DNA of 54,965 bases from an uncultured virus (IMG/VR IMGVR_UViG_3300032085_001238) (Duplodnaviria > Heunggongvirae > Uroviricota > Caudoviricetes), in the IMG/VR virus record IMGVR_UViG_3300032085_001238; one strand, given 5' to 3'. The translations under genes were made by a program, and so were the position numbers. Below the pieces are notes generated by a model. The model had not been told where the DNA came from and did not search any database. It was given only the letters and a program-made list of their open reading frames with translations. Numbering within the stretch: position 1 is the stretch's first letter; every line of letters starts with the position of its first letter. Below are positions 18,687-29,100 of the stretch, in pieces.

Positions 18687-21600
18687 TTCATCACCACTTT
18701 ACTCAAACCATTGTTTACATTAATTGGAATCAATGTATCCATATAATCTTTGATTGTATCCAAGTGAGTAATAATCATTGTGAAATCAAATTGAGTTCTC
18801 AAGTATTGAAATGCTCCCTGCATATTAGCAATATTATCAGAATCCAATGCACCGAATCCCTCATCTACAATTATGAAGTTTGGACGAGGTAATGTTGATA
18901 CATTGATTAATCCAATACGAATAGCAAGAGAAGATACGAATCTTTCCATACCTGATGATAATTCAAGATTCCATTTATCATCACCATAACATATAAATGC
19001 ATCAATCATTTTATCTTTCATCTCTAATTCAATATGGAAACCAGCATTCATATTTTCTAATACATTGTTGATTTCTCGTTCAATCGAAGGAATAGCTTTT
19101 GAGATTAATTCATAAGGAACACCATCTTTAGAAAGAGCTAAAAGATATAAATCATAATCCAATATCTTTTGTTCTATATCAACAAGATTTTGAATATCAT
19201 CTTCTATTTGTTGTTTTTGGTTTTTAGCAACTGATAGTGTTGATAATACTTTTTTATAATCTTTATCTATGGATATTGAATCCATTTGTAGTTTAGATAT
19301 TTTAGAAGTTAAATTAGATATTTGTTCATTTAATCTTTTATTGTTTTCAATCTTTTCTTCTAACTCATAGTATCTTTTTACATTAGATTCCAATGTAGTT
19401 AATTCACTTTCAATGTGATTTAATCTACTTTCTTGTGTAGAAATCTTACCACCAATCTTAACAGCATCGTGTTGTATTTGATTTAATTCTTCAGAGAATA
19501 TTTTAAACTCACGATTTCTTTCTTCTGCATCACCTAACTTTTCAAGTCCATATGATGACTTTTTATAATGAGCAGTTAAATTAGAATGTTCATCAAATAA
19601 TTCTTTTATTTTATTTTGTATTTCATCTTGTTCGTGTATTTGTTCTTTACCATTTTTTATACAAAATTCACAATTTTCATCGTATTTAAATTTCATTAAA
19701 TCTGCGTTGTGATGATTTAAAGATTTAGTTTTTGATTCATTAAGTTTTAAAGCATTCTCATAATCTCTAACATCTTTTTTTAGTTCTTTATATTTTTCAT
19801 AATCTTCTTGTATTTTTTCTTCATCTATTTCAGAAAGTTTCTTATGATAATCCATATACATTGGACGAAGTTGTTCTTTGTATTCTTTATCATCTTTAAG
19901 TTGAGATTCAATAGTTTGTTTTTCAGATATAAGGTTTTGTTGTAAAGTTTTTAATTCTTCAATATCATATGTTTCATCTATTTTATATAGTTTTCTAACT
20001 AAATTTATTTTATCAGATTCTAATTCGGTTAATTTATTACCAATTGATTTATCTTTTGTATTCAATTCATCTTCATCTTTTTCCATTTCAATGATTCGTT
20101 GATTAATAGTACCTAATTCTTTATATGAATCTTTCTTTTGGAATTGTCGTAACATAACTCGTTCTTCATTTGAATCGGATTTGGCTATAGTTTCGAGTTG
20201 TTCAAACACCTCAATATCCATAAAAGTAGAAAGAATTTTTTTTCGCTCAGATTGTTTCTTGTCAAGGAAGTTCATACCATTGGTTTGTAGCGATAACGAG
20301 GTAAGGATGAAGTCGTCAAATGTTCCTAACACTTTCTTGATTTCCTCATTAGTTCCCCCACCATACTGAGAATTAAAACGGGCTGCTCCACTTAAATCCA
20401 CTTCTTCACCACCTTCGTCTATCATATAGAACTTAACCTTAACTGGACACTGATGAGATACTTTACCATTCTTATGATTCACTCTTTTGTAAGTTGCATC
20501 TCTTTCAATCCAATAATCCATACCATTGATTTCTAAATTCAATTTAGCTCTGAATGTAGTTTTCTTTTTATTCATTACATCCAACGCTCGATTAGTTCTA
20601 CTACATACATCATAGATTGTATATGCAATAGCATCCATTATAGCAGATTTACCACTATGGTTAGGAGCAACTACACCAACCGTTCCATCCAATTTAGTAA
20701 AGTCTATTTTGTTTCCTTTACCATAACAAAACATATTGTCAAATTCAAATGATTTAATTTTCCAATCCACATTCCTTGTAATATCACCATCATATATTTC
20801 TGGTGAGTTATTCGTCATATCATTTATGTGTTGTACTCTTTTAATTGTTTCTTCATGTATGCCTTCAACATTTCTTTTCAAGAAATCTTCAATTAATTCA
20901 TTCTGATAATTAATATCTCTTACATCACCGATGTCCAACTTATTCTCTCTATCACCACCAATTGAAATATTATCTTGTCTTTCCGTTACAACATCTTTAA
21001 GCTTTGGATACTTCTTTCTTACATCCATTTGAATGTCTTTAATTTGTTCCAATGTTGTATTTGTATACTTTATCTTAATACTACCTTTTGGTGGTATGAA
21101 ATTCATTTTGTTTTGAATCACACCATCTACCACTTGTAGTATTTTATACCCATAATCATTCTCTACTTGATGATATTCAGCTTTTCTTTTTTCTACATCC
21201 CATAATAGAAATCCGTGACTTGGTTCTTCTGAATAATTTTGTTGAATCAAAGAACCTGGATATGCAACTCTTTCATCTACATCTAAGAATTGTCTTTTAT
21301 GTATATCACCCAACATCACCATATCATAACCTTGAAATGTATCAACCTTTACTCTATCGTCTTCCACTTGAAATCCATTATCATAAAAGTGTTTATCCAC
21401 TCCACCGTGAAATAGTGCAATCTTGTTATCACCCATATCTTTAGGGTTAGGTAAACCTGTTGTTAATTGTTTACCTTCTTTATCAATATCAAATATAGAC
21501 ATAACACCAAAGTCAACATTATCCATTGTATAAACACCTGATTGTTTCCAATAATGTAAATTAGGTGTAATCTTTTTAACTAAATCAATAATAGGAGAAA

Positions 21601-21883
21601 GTGTGTCTTCTCTTGATTTGTTATTTAAATTACAATCGTGATTACCTGGTATGATAATTGTAGGAGCAATCTTACATAATTCTAAAAAGAAGTTTGCAAC
21701 CATTCTTACTTCTTCGGGTGAGGTATCCAATTTTCCATGAACTACATCACCACCAATGTATATAGCATCTGGTTTTAAGTCTTTTAATTGTTTATATAGA
21801 TTTTTAAATACTTGTCTGTATTCTACAAATCTATGTAGTTTTCTAATATGTATATCTGCTAAATGAGCAATTGTTTTAACCAT
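18683..21883 (-). CDS. Fused SbcD/Mre11 nuclease and SbcC/Rad50 ATPase (gp47-gp46-like)
   Basis: Phosphoesterase motifs ADIH, GGD, GNHD, FHG, GDIH; Walker A PNHSGKS; coiled coil with CEFC zinc hook; SSGME signature; Walker B IIVDEGFGALD; ITH. Confidence 0.92.
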   Translation of the reverse strand: MVKTIAHLADIHIRKLHRFVEYRQVFKNLYKQLKDLKPDAIYIGGDVVHGKLDTSPEEVRMVANFFLELCKIAPTIIIPGNHDCNLNNKSREDTLSPIIDLVKKITPNLHYWKQSGVYTMDNVDFGVMSIFDIDKEGKQLTTGLPNPKDMGDNKIALFHGGVDKHFYDNGFQVEDDRVKVDTFQGYDMVMLGDIHKRQFLDVDERVAYPGSLIQQNYSEEPSHGFLLWDVEKRKAEYHQVENDYGYKILQVVDGVIQNKMNFIPPKGSIKIKYTNTTLEQIKDIQMDVRKKYPKLKDVVTERQDNISIGGDRENKLDIGDVRDINYQNELIEDFLKRNVEGIHEETIKRVQHINDMTNNSPEIYDGDITRNVDWKIKSFEFDNMFCYGKGNKIDFTKLDGTVGVVAPNHSGKSAIMDAIAYTIYDVCSRTNRALDVMNKKKTTFRAKLNLEINGMDYWIERDATYKRVNHKNGKVSHQCPVKVKFYMIDEGGEEVDLSGAARFNSQYGGGTNEEIKKVLGTFDDFILTSLSLQTNGMNFLDKKQSERKKILSTFMDIEVFEQLETIAKSDSNEERVMLRQFQKKDSYKELGTINQRIIEMEKDEDELNTKDKSIGNKLTELESDKINLVRKLYKIDETYDIEELKTLQQNLISEKQTIESQLKDDKEYKEQLRPMYMDYHKKLSEIDEEKIQEDYEKYKELKKDVRDYENALKLNESKTKSLNHHNADLMKFKYDENCEFCIKNGKEQIHEQDEIQNKIKELFDEHSNLTAHYKKSSYGLEKLGDAEERNREFKIFSEELNQIQHDAVKIGGKISTQESRLNHIESELTTLESNVKRYYELEEKIENNKRLNEQISNLTSKISKLQMDSISIDKDYKKVLSTLSVAKNQKQQIEDDIQNLVDIEQKILDYDLYLLALSKDGVPYELISKAIPSIEREINNVLENMNAGFHIELEMKDKMIDAFICYGDDKWNLELSSGMERFVSSLAIRIGLINVSTLPRPNFIIVDEGFGALDSDNIANMQGAFQYLRTQFDFTMIITHLDTIKDYMDTLIPINVNNGLSKVVMN

Positions 21884-22796
21884 ATAATCTGCCTTTTATA
21901 ATATCTGAAAATGTTGATTGTTGAGTTGTATTGAGTAACTCCCAAAATCTTGTGAAACCTAATTCTGATGGGTCTTTATCCTTCATATTTAATAAGTATG
22001 TTGAAATTCCATAATCCATTAAAAACTTACTTAACTTAATTGCGTCTTGTCTAGCATCCTCATCCAATGCCACATATATTGTTTTTACTTTTTTTTCTAC
22101 TAATCTCATAACCAATGTCTTACTTGGAAACTTACCTAATAAAGGTATAGCATTTCTTCTAATAGCAATAGCATCAAATACACCTTCAACTAAAACAATA
22201 GGTTCATTCCAATTTATAAACATCTCAAAACACACTGTATCCTTTGACATCGGTGGATTTTTGTATTTAAACTTACTATTTGGAAACATATCTCTAGCTA
22301 TAAAATAATTCAATTTACCATCAGCATCATAACTTGGAATAATAATACGATTAGAATACCCATTTGATGAACAATAACCCATAGAATAACGAAGAATATC
22401 TATTCCACCTATTCCTCTCTTCTTTAAATAACTTATGGCATTTCTATATAATGGGTCTGTTGATGGTTTCCAAAGTGGTTGATAACATTGAGGTAAACTG
22501 ACATTATATTCTGTCTTTTTATCTTTTTCATATTTAACACCTTTATAATCACCAAGTATTCTTAATACTTCTGATATGATTTGTTTAGGTGCGTTTATTT
22601 TTCTAAGTAATATTCCAATCTTATGACCACCAGCATTACAAACCCAACAATGCCACTTTTGTGTTTCAAAGTTTACTTGAAGTTTCTTTTTATGATGATT
22701 ACAAAAAGGACAATGGAAAGCATGTTCCCCACCTTTCATTTCATAACTTGGATATAAAACTTTTTCTAATAATTTAACTAATTCGTATTTATACAT
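21876..22796 (-). CDS. DNA primase (zinc finger + TOPRIM)
   Basis: CPFC...HCWVC; YLKKRGI; RIIIP; KYKNP; VEGVFDA; LDED; KDPSE. Confidence 0.88.
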   Translation of the reverse strand: MYKYELVKLLEKVLYPSYEMKGGEHAFHCPFCNHHKKKLQVNFETQKWHCWVCNAGGHKIGILLRKINAPKQIISEVLRILGDYKGVKYEKDKKTEYNVSLPQCYQPLWKPSTDPLYRNAISYLKKRGIGGIDILRYSMGYCSSNGYSNRIIIPSYDADGKLNYFIARDMFPNSKFKYKNPPMSKDTVCFEMFINWNEPIVLVEGVFDAIAIRRNAIPLLGKFPSKTLVMRLVEKKVKTIYVALDEDARQDAIKLSKFLMDYGISTYLLNMKDKDPSELGFTRFWELLNTTQQSTFSDIIKGRLYG

Positions 22797-22803
22797 CTAA
22801 GAC

Positions 22804-22833
22804 AATATACGAAACATTTAGTATTAAAGTCAA
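22804..22833 (-). promoter_or_regulatory. Sigma70-type promoter for primase
   Basis: TTGACT-18 nt-TATATT, 7 nt before the primase ATG; no SD. Confidence 0.6.
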
Positions 22834-23339
22834 GCTTTATTTTCATAAAGTGACATTACTAAACCATCGTACATATCGATATTCCTTTTATCCCAATTTC
22901 CCCGTGCAGTTTCTTTACACCATTTTTTGGTATTGTACATTTCTTCAATTTTCATTTTAACTAAATCTTTTGCTTTTATTCCCTTGACTCTAGCTTTTCC
23001 AAATACTTGTTTTCTAGCAGTCATTGGATTTATGTTATTAACTCTATAATCAAAGTGTTCTAACATAAAACAAAGTATTGCATTAAACTTAGCTAATTTG
23101 ATAATAACTTGTTGTGAAGTTCTTCCACCAGCAAATCCTGATAAACTATCTTCAATATTAATATCAAGTACATCATTAATATACGAACTTTCATTCAATT
23201 TTTCAAGCACTTTTTCAACTTTATCTTTGGGTGTTTGTTCTTTTTTGATGTCGATGAATCCCATATCGAGAATCTTCTTATCTTCTGTGAATGCATAACC
23301 GACACAAGTCGTTGATGCATCTAATCCTAATATAACCAT
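22830..23339 (-). CDS. RuvC-like Holliday junction resolvase
   Basis: ILGLDAS, INIED, P..ARK.VFG.A..K, and D..DG catalytic pattern of the RuvC/RNase H fold. Confidence 0.8.
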   Translation of the reverse strand: MVILGLDASTTCVGYAFTEDKKILDMGFIDIKKEQTPKDKVEKVLEKLNESSYINDVLDINIEDSLSGFAGGRTSQQVIIKLAKFNAILCFMLEHFDYRVNNINPMTARKQVFGKARVKGIKAKDLVKMKIEEMYNTKKWCKETARGNWDKRNIDMYDGLVMSLYENKA

Positions 23340-23346
23340 TTGTCTC

Positions 23347-24237
23347 CTAAATGTCTAATTTTATTTTAAATCTTGTATTTATCTTATCACTTTTTATAAT
23401 TGGTCTTGGTAGAGTAGCTTGAATTACAGGTGTATCATAATCACCCCTCTGATACAAATTAATTGTTGTAATATATGGTTGCCAGGCACTACTTGAAAAA
23501 GTTGATGCTACATATGGTGTTCCTAAAGTTAGTGGTTCTGTACTTCCACTCAAAACATTTCTAATTGAATAATTCATTGTTAAATTAAAATCTTGAGGTA
23601 TTAAAGTAACATTATATTCGTGAGTGGTAATTGTGTGTTGTGAATCAAATTTTAATGTATAGTTTGTAGCTAAATCAGAATATTTAACACTACCACTCCA
23701 AGAACCCGTTTCTGTAATTACTGCTAAACCTTTATCATAAAATATATTACCAACGTAATTATCAGATGATGAAGCATTTGTTATACTTTGTGAATGATGT
23801 GCATTAGTTGAATATAAATTACCAAAACCATCATCTATAATTATTGGATTAACACTATTGTTATCTGCATTAGAACCTGAAATATCTGTGAATTTAAAAC
23901 TACCCTCTTTTATTTTTTCACCATAATACTGAGATGGAATTATGATTAAAGAACTATTTGGGTATCCGTGATATTTAGTTAGAAATTGTTCACCATTCGT
24001 TGGTTTTATTGACATATTACTTGATGGAGCTGTAAATTTTGTTTCACCCTCATATTTAGGAGAACCACTTGTATAAAACATTACATTTAGTGAGTCCCAA
24101 TAGTTGGTGTTTATTGAACCAGAAGTTATTTTTTTTGATTGAACACCAAGAGATGATGTAGTAAGGTTTTGAGTATAATTTACAATATTATTTTCAATTA
24201 TAGTTGATGATTTATCAATCTCTCCAAATACATGCAT
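23347..24237 (-). CDS. Baseplate/tail-associated structural protein
   Basis: C-terminal PYITTINLY...A.LPRPI.K...KIKLD, paralogous to 24250..25350. Confidence 0.6.
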   Translation of the reverse strand: MHVFGEIDKSSTIIENNIVNYTQNLTTSSLGVQSKKITSGSINTNYWDSLNVMFYTSGSPKYEGETKFTAPSSNMSIKPTNGEQFLTKYHGYPNSSLIIIPSQYYGEKIKEGSFKFTDISGSNADNNSVNPIIIDDGFGNLYSTNAHHSQSITNASSSDNYVGNIFYDKGLAVITETGSWSGSVKYSDLATNYTLKFDSQHTITTHEYNVTLIPQDFNLTMNYSIRNVLSGSTEPLTLGTPYVASTFSSSAWQPYITTINLYQRGDYDTPVIQATLPRPIIKSDKINTRFKIKLDI

Positions 24238-24249
24238 AGCAACCTATCA

Positions 24250-25350
24250 TTAATAAGTTAATTTAACTTTTATTGTAGCTTCTGAACTAAAGTTTTTCTT
24301 CAATGGTGTTGAAAGATTTCCTACAGCTACCATATCACCAGATGCATTATATAATTGAACTGATGTAATATATACTGATGGATTACCTTTCATTGTTTTT
24401 TGTCTTACTTCATTTAATGAACCTGAAATAAATGTTGGGTTATTTGAAAAATTCATTTGACCACTTCTAACTCTACAGAAATATTGAGCACTTACTTGGT
24501 CTTCTTCATCTCTAAATTCAAGTTGAGCTCCAGTAGGTTGTAAACAATTTACAAATCTTAAAGCAGTTTTTTTATTTGCATCTACAGCTGTAGTGTATCC
24601 AAAACCTTTTTGAGAAGCTGAATCAAATGCTACAACACCATTTAGTTCAGAATGTTTACCTGGAATTGAACCTGATAATTCTCTAGCACTAAGTACCATA
24701 ATTCCCATATCAGGATAAAAGAAACCAAAGTTTTTTACTGTAGCTGCACCAGCGATAACACCGGTAGAAGATGCACTTACAATATTATATCTATCACCAA
24801 CAGGTGTAGCGGTTGGATTTGTTGTACTACTATCATCTTTTAAATATAATGCTGGAGCCCCAGCAGTTGCAGAGGTTGAACCACTTAATGCTATTTGCCA
24901 AGTTCCTTTATTAATTCTATCTTTCATATTTGAACGTCTAGCAGAAAGAACAAATATTTCAGTATCTTTTCCACTAGCAACAGCACTTGTTGTTGCTGGG
25001 GACGAAATAAAAAATCCACCAGTTACTTCTGTAGGTGCTAAAAGTAAATTAGCATATTGTTTATAAATAGCTTCAGTTGGAGCTTTAATTGCATTAGCAT
25101 CATCATCTGAACCAAGACCACCTGTACTACCAAATGCAACATTAAATTCTTCAACAGTTGGTGTTGCATTATTTGATATTCCAAAGAAATAAGTTTCGTT
25201 GGTATCTGATAATGATGTTGAAACCACATTAGCAGCTGCTAAAACTGCGGCACCATTTGAAAAATATGGACTTGTTACTTTTTCCGTTTGGGTTATTTTA
25301 TCCATACCCTCCGTTGAATCTAAACTTATATTTCCTCCAGCTATAGCCAT
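24250..25350 (-). CDS. Baseplate/tail-associated structural protein
   Basis: C-terminal YITSVQLYNASGDMVAVGNLSTPLKK resembles the second half of tail-collar/fibre-attachment domains. Confidence 0.6.
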   Translation of the reverse strand: MAIAGGNISLDSTEGMDKITQTEKVTSPYFSNGAAVLAAANVVSTSLSDTNETYFFGISNNATPTVEEFNVAFGSTGGLGSDDDANAIKAPTEAIYKQYANLLLAPTEVTGGFFISSPATTSAVASGKDTEIFVLSARRSNMKDRINKGTWQIALSGSTSATAGAPALYLKDDSSTTNPTATPVGDRYNIVSASSTGVIAGAATVKNFGFFYPDMGIMVLSARELSGSIPGKHSELNGVVAFDSASQKGFGYTTAVDANKKTALRFVNCLQPTGAQLEFRDEEDQVSAQYFCRVRSGQMNFSNNPTFISGSLNEVRQKTMKGNPSVYITSVQLYNASGDMVAVGNLSTPLKKNFSSEATIKVKLTY

Positions 25351-25371
25351 TTATATATCTCCTAATTTATT

Positions 25372-26070
25372 TTACCCAATGGATGTTGTTCTTATTGCTG
25401 TTACATTTTTAGTAACATTGTTTATTACTCTAAATGAATTATAAGCTCCAGTTTCAATGTGCACTACATAAACATTTGTTTCTTTCCCTGCAGTGTCTTG
25501 TTGAATTGCACTTAAATCAAATGCGTTACCATTAAATCCATATTGTTGAGCAAATGGGATGTCTTGTTCTTGTAAAAATTGTCTACTTGTTCCACTTAAA
25601 TTACTCATAAGTGAAGAATTTGTAGAGATAAGTGCTGGGTCTTGAATAACAAAGTAGTATTGAAATCCACCAAGTGTCACATTACCAGTAGATGTGTAAC
25701 CAACTAAATCAACAGAAATCCTAGCAGTTTGTTTACCTTCTTTAAGTGTTAAAATAGTTCCATCAGCACTGTCCAAATTACCTAATTGAATTGCAGGAAC
25801 TGATGTTGTGTTTTGATTTAATGATATTAATCTATTTCTCAGATTATATTCACTATGAACACTAGCTTCTAACATTGGTAATTTTTCAATACCTTCACCA
25901 TAAAATGCTGAACCACTTGGATGGTCTGGATTCCATAAAGTATAATCCACACCTGTATCAGAAAGTGTAAATGAAGTAATATTTAAATTACCACCATTCT
26001 TTAAAATTTCTCTACCTTTTTTTGTCAATACTGCATCAACCGTAATTGAACCGTTATCTAAATATCCCAT
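25372..26070 (-). CDS. Baseplate/tail-associated structural protein
   Basis: VLTKKGREIL...ITSFTLSD resembles the N-terminal strand-helix of tail-collar/fibre-attachment domains; AGGAG SD. Confidence 0.6.
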   Translation of the reverse strand: MGYLDNGSITVDAVLTKKGREILKNGGNLNITSFTLSDTGVDYTLWNPDHPSGSAFYGEGIEKLPMLEASVHSEYNLRNRLISLNQNTTSVPAIQLGNLDSADGTILTLKEGKQTARISVDLVGYTSTGNVTLGGFQYYFVIQDPALISTNSSLMSNLSGTSRQFLQEQDIPFAQQYGFNGNAFDLSAIQQDTAGKETNVYVVHIETGAYNSFRVINNVTKNVTAIRTTSIG

Positions 26071-26098
26071 TTTTATCTCCTAATTTCGAAATACTTTA

Positions 26099-26114
26099 AT
26101 TCATATATAAATAT
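26099..26114 (-). promoter_or_regulatory. Putative phage late promoter
   Basis: Exact ATATTTATATATGAAT upstream of the ATG at 26070. Confidence 0.75.
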
Positions 26115-26144
26115 AAATAAAATGAAAAAATACTCGAATTTAAA

Positions 26145-29100
26145 TTAACCATAAATTATTTTATTATTATTATCTATTGTTGGATTACCACTACCAACTT
26201 TTAACTCATTTTCACCACCAGTTACTTTTACTCTGTAGAATGAAGCTGTAGAATAATCTTCATATTGTACATTTAATTGACCTGGATTTTTATTTTTTGT
26301 TCCATTATTCATATTAGTTATATAATGGTCTACATATCGACTTACATGATTTCTTGGAAAAATAATATTCCCATCAGAACCAGTAGAAAAATATCTCGTT
26401 TTACCCATCATTCTTCCAGTTACAATTCCTGCACCTGTTGCAAACTTTTTACTATCATAAGTCACTGAACCATTCACATTATCCGTTAAATATAATCTGT
26501 TATAAAATCTTGATGAATTACCAAAGTCACTTGCTTTTCCAAATGAGGCTGAATAATACTCAGTATCCCCAACAGCATGAAATATAACTCTCGTATCAAT
26601 ATGATAAGTATTAAATGTTGCTTCTGAACCACTTTCAAAATAATTTATAAATTGAACATCAGCTGAACTTGTTCCCCAATTTTTATGAATATCTACAAAA
26701 GATTCATTTGCTGTTGAAGCGTAATCAATTGTTCCATCTTTTGAAGTTGGAACTGATGAATCCGTTAATGATGGTGTTGTTGTTATTGAACCTGATTTTG
26801 GTCTTTCATAAGTTGTTGTGTTTGTAACATTAGCACTTATAGAACCACTTTTTGGTTGTTCATATGTTGATGTATTTGTAACATTAACACTAGCTGAACC
26901 TGATTTTGGTCTTATGTATTCTGATGTTGGGGAACTAACTACTGGATTAACACTACCACTACGAGTATTTGGATTTGCTTCAACACTATGTTCTTCATTT
27001 TCATACTTTTGTTTTTCTAAAATAGTTGGTTTTATCTCAACACCAAAGTTAGAATTTTTATCACTAAATGTTGAACGAGCTGGAACTACTGTCTTTATTC
27101 CTTCCACAATAGAAGAATTAAACATATTCTCATGAGCTCTTATAAATTTATTTGTATCAACAGATATTGGATGTGCTTCAAAAAATTCATCTCTAAATGT
27201 ATCAAACTCATTATATGAATGAGAGTAATAGTTTCTTGGATTTCCATATAGAGTTTCTAAATTAAATCCACTTAAATTATCTATAATAAAATTGTCAACA
27301 AATGTTTGTGGTGAACGATATAATTCTAATTTTTCAGATGTTTTAAATAATGGTTTACTATTTTCTCGTGTTAATAGTTTTACAGCTGATTGGATAGGAC
27401 TTAAATCTCCAACAACATTTCTTTTAGGATTTATTAAAATATTATTGTCATTTGCTTTAGAAACATTATCTTGTAAAGTTAATTTTGTAACTTCGATTAA
27501 ATCAAATCCATATACACTTCCCGTATTAAATGTACTTCCAGCTTTTGTAAAAGTATAATCTAAATAAGTAGTTGTCGGTGCTGCATCTACAATATTCATT
27601 GTTTGTGTTGAACTTGATATTGAAGCACTTGTATAATTTTCATTTAATTTAAAATGATAAACTAAATCATTTTTATGTGAATTAATTGTATTACCAACAG
27701 TAGAAAATTTATTAAGTGTATGTTGTCTAAATTTAGATGTACTTAATGCTGTAGACCACCCTCTTATTTCTGATAGTGAACCACTAAATATCTCACCAAC
27801 AAATAAATTAGATGATGATAATGCATGTTTTGAACCACTTGACATCCAATTTTTATTAGCCAAAGCGTTTTTATCACCCGCCGTTCCACTGCCTGATAAT
27901 GACATTGTTACATAGTTATAAGTTTTTATTTTTTTACCTTCTTGAAGTGAACTATGTAATCTATATTCATTTGTAATATTAGTTGAAGTACTACTTGTCA
28001 TTCTTTGTAACATTACATTCCACAATTGACCATCTGACATATTTGAATAGTTAGTTGACATTGATACTGCGTTTGATGCTATAGCGAGAGAACCTGTAAG
28101 AGAATTACTTAATCTAAATTCAAATGATGAACTAACTCCATCAGAACTTGGGATTAATCTTAAATCCCATAATGTTTGAGCACCACTACCACTTGATTTT
28201 AGAATTGTTTGTGTATTGGTAGTATTATTGTGTTTATAAATAAATTCAAATGTATTTATATTCGCACTATCCATCCACCAATCTAAATTTAAAATTCTTT
28301 TGTTAACTGAAGAAAAGTTATAATTAAAAAGTTTTTCTTTTTTTGAAGTAAAGGAAAAACTTCCAGTTGAAGTATCTAAAGATAAATCAATACCACTACC
28401 CGATGGTGGAGTATTTACAAAAATTCTTGGGTTTGACTCCTCCGTTGAACCACCAAATTCTTGAAATTCTAAAACATCAGGTGGATAACCATAAGTGTTC
28501 AACAATGCTCTTACTGAATTTTTTGTTCCTTTTGATTTGTATATGTATAATAAATTATTTAGAGTTTTTCTCCAAGTTTGATTTTTAATATCATCAATTG
28601 AAGTTACACCAGTTAAATATTGTCCCAATGTATCTGTTAAATTACCACTAAATGGATTTATAGCTTCCCAACCCATATTGGATAATAACATTGGTAATGT
28701 GTTATCAGGTGGTGAATTTGTTTTCTTATATCCTCTTTTGTGGATTGTTCCCATTGAATCAATGTGATTTCTAATTAAATCATATTGTTCACCTTGTAGT
28801 GCAAGAAAATCTTTCATATCATTATATTCAGAACTATTTTGTATATAAAGAGGTAAATTGTTTTCAAATGAATGGATATTATCAATATCAAAATTTTCTG
28901 CTTTTGTTAATAATGCATTATACCAAGTGGTAAAATCATTTGAAGTTGTTTTATACACAGTATCAAATGGTAAAACATTATTTGGATTGTTTAAAGTTAC
29001 ATTTACATTAGTTATAAAAGATGATGTTGTTTTTCCACTACCAACATTAGCCCATCTTACAAAAAATGGGTCACCAGCTGGCATACACGAGCCGGTAAAT

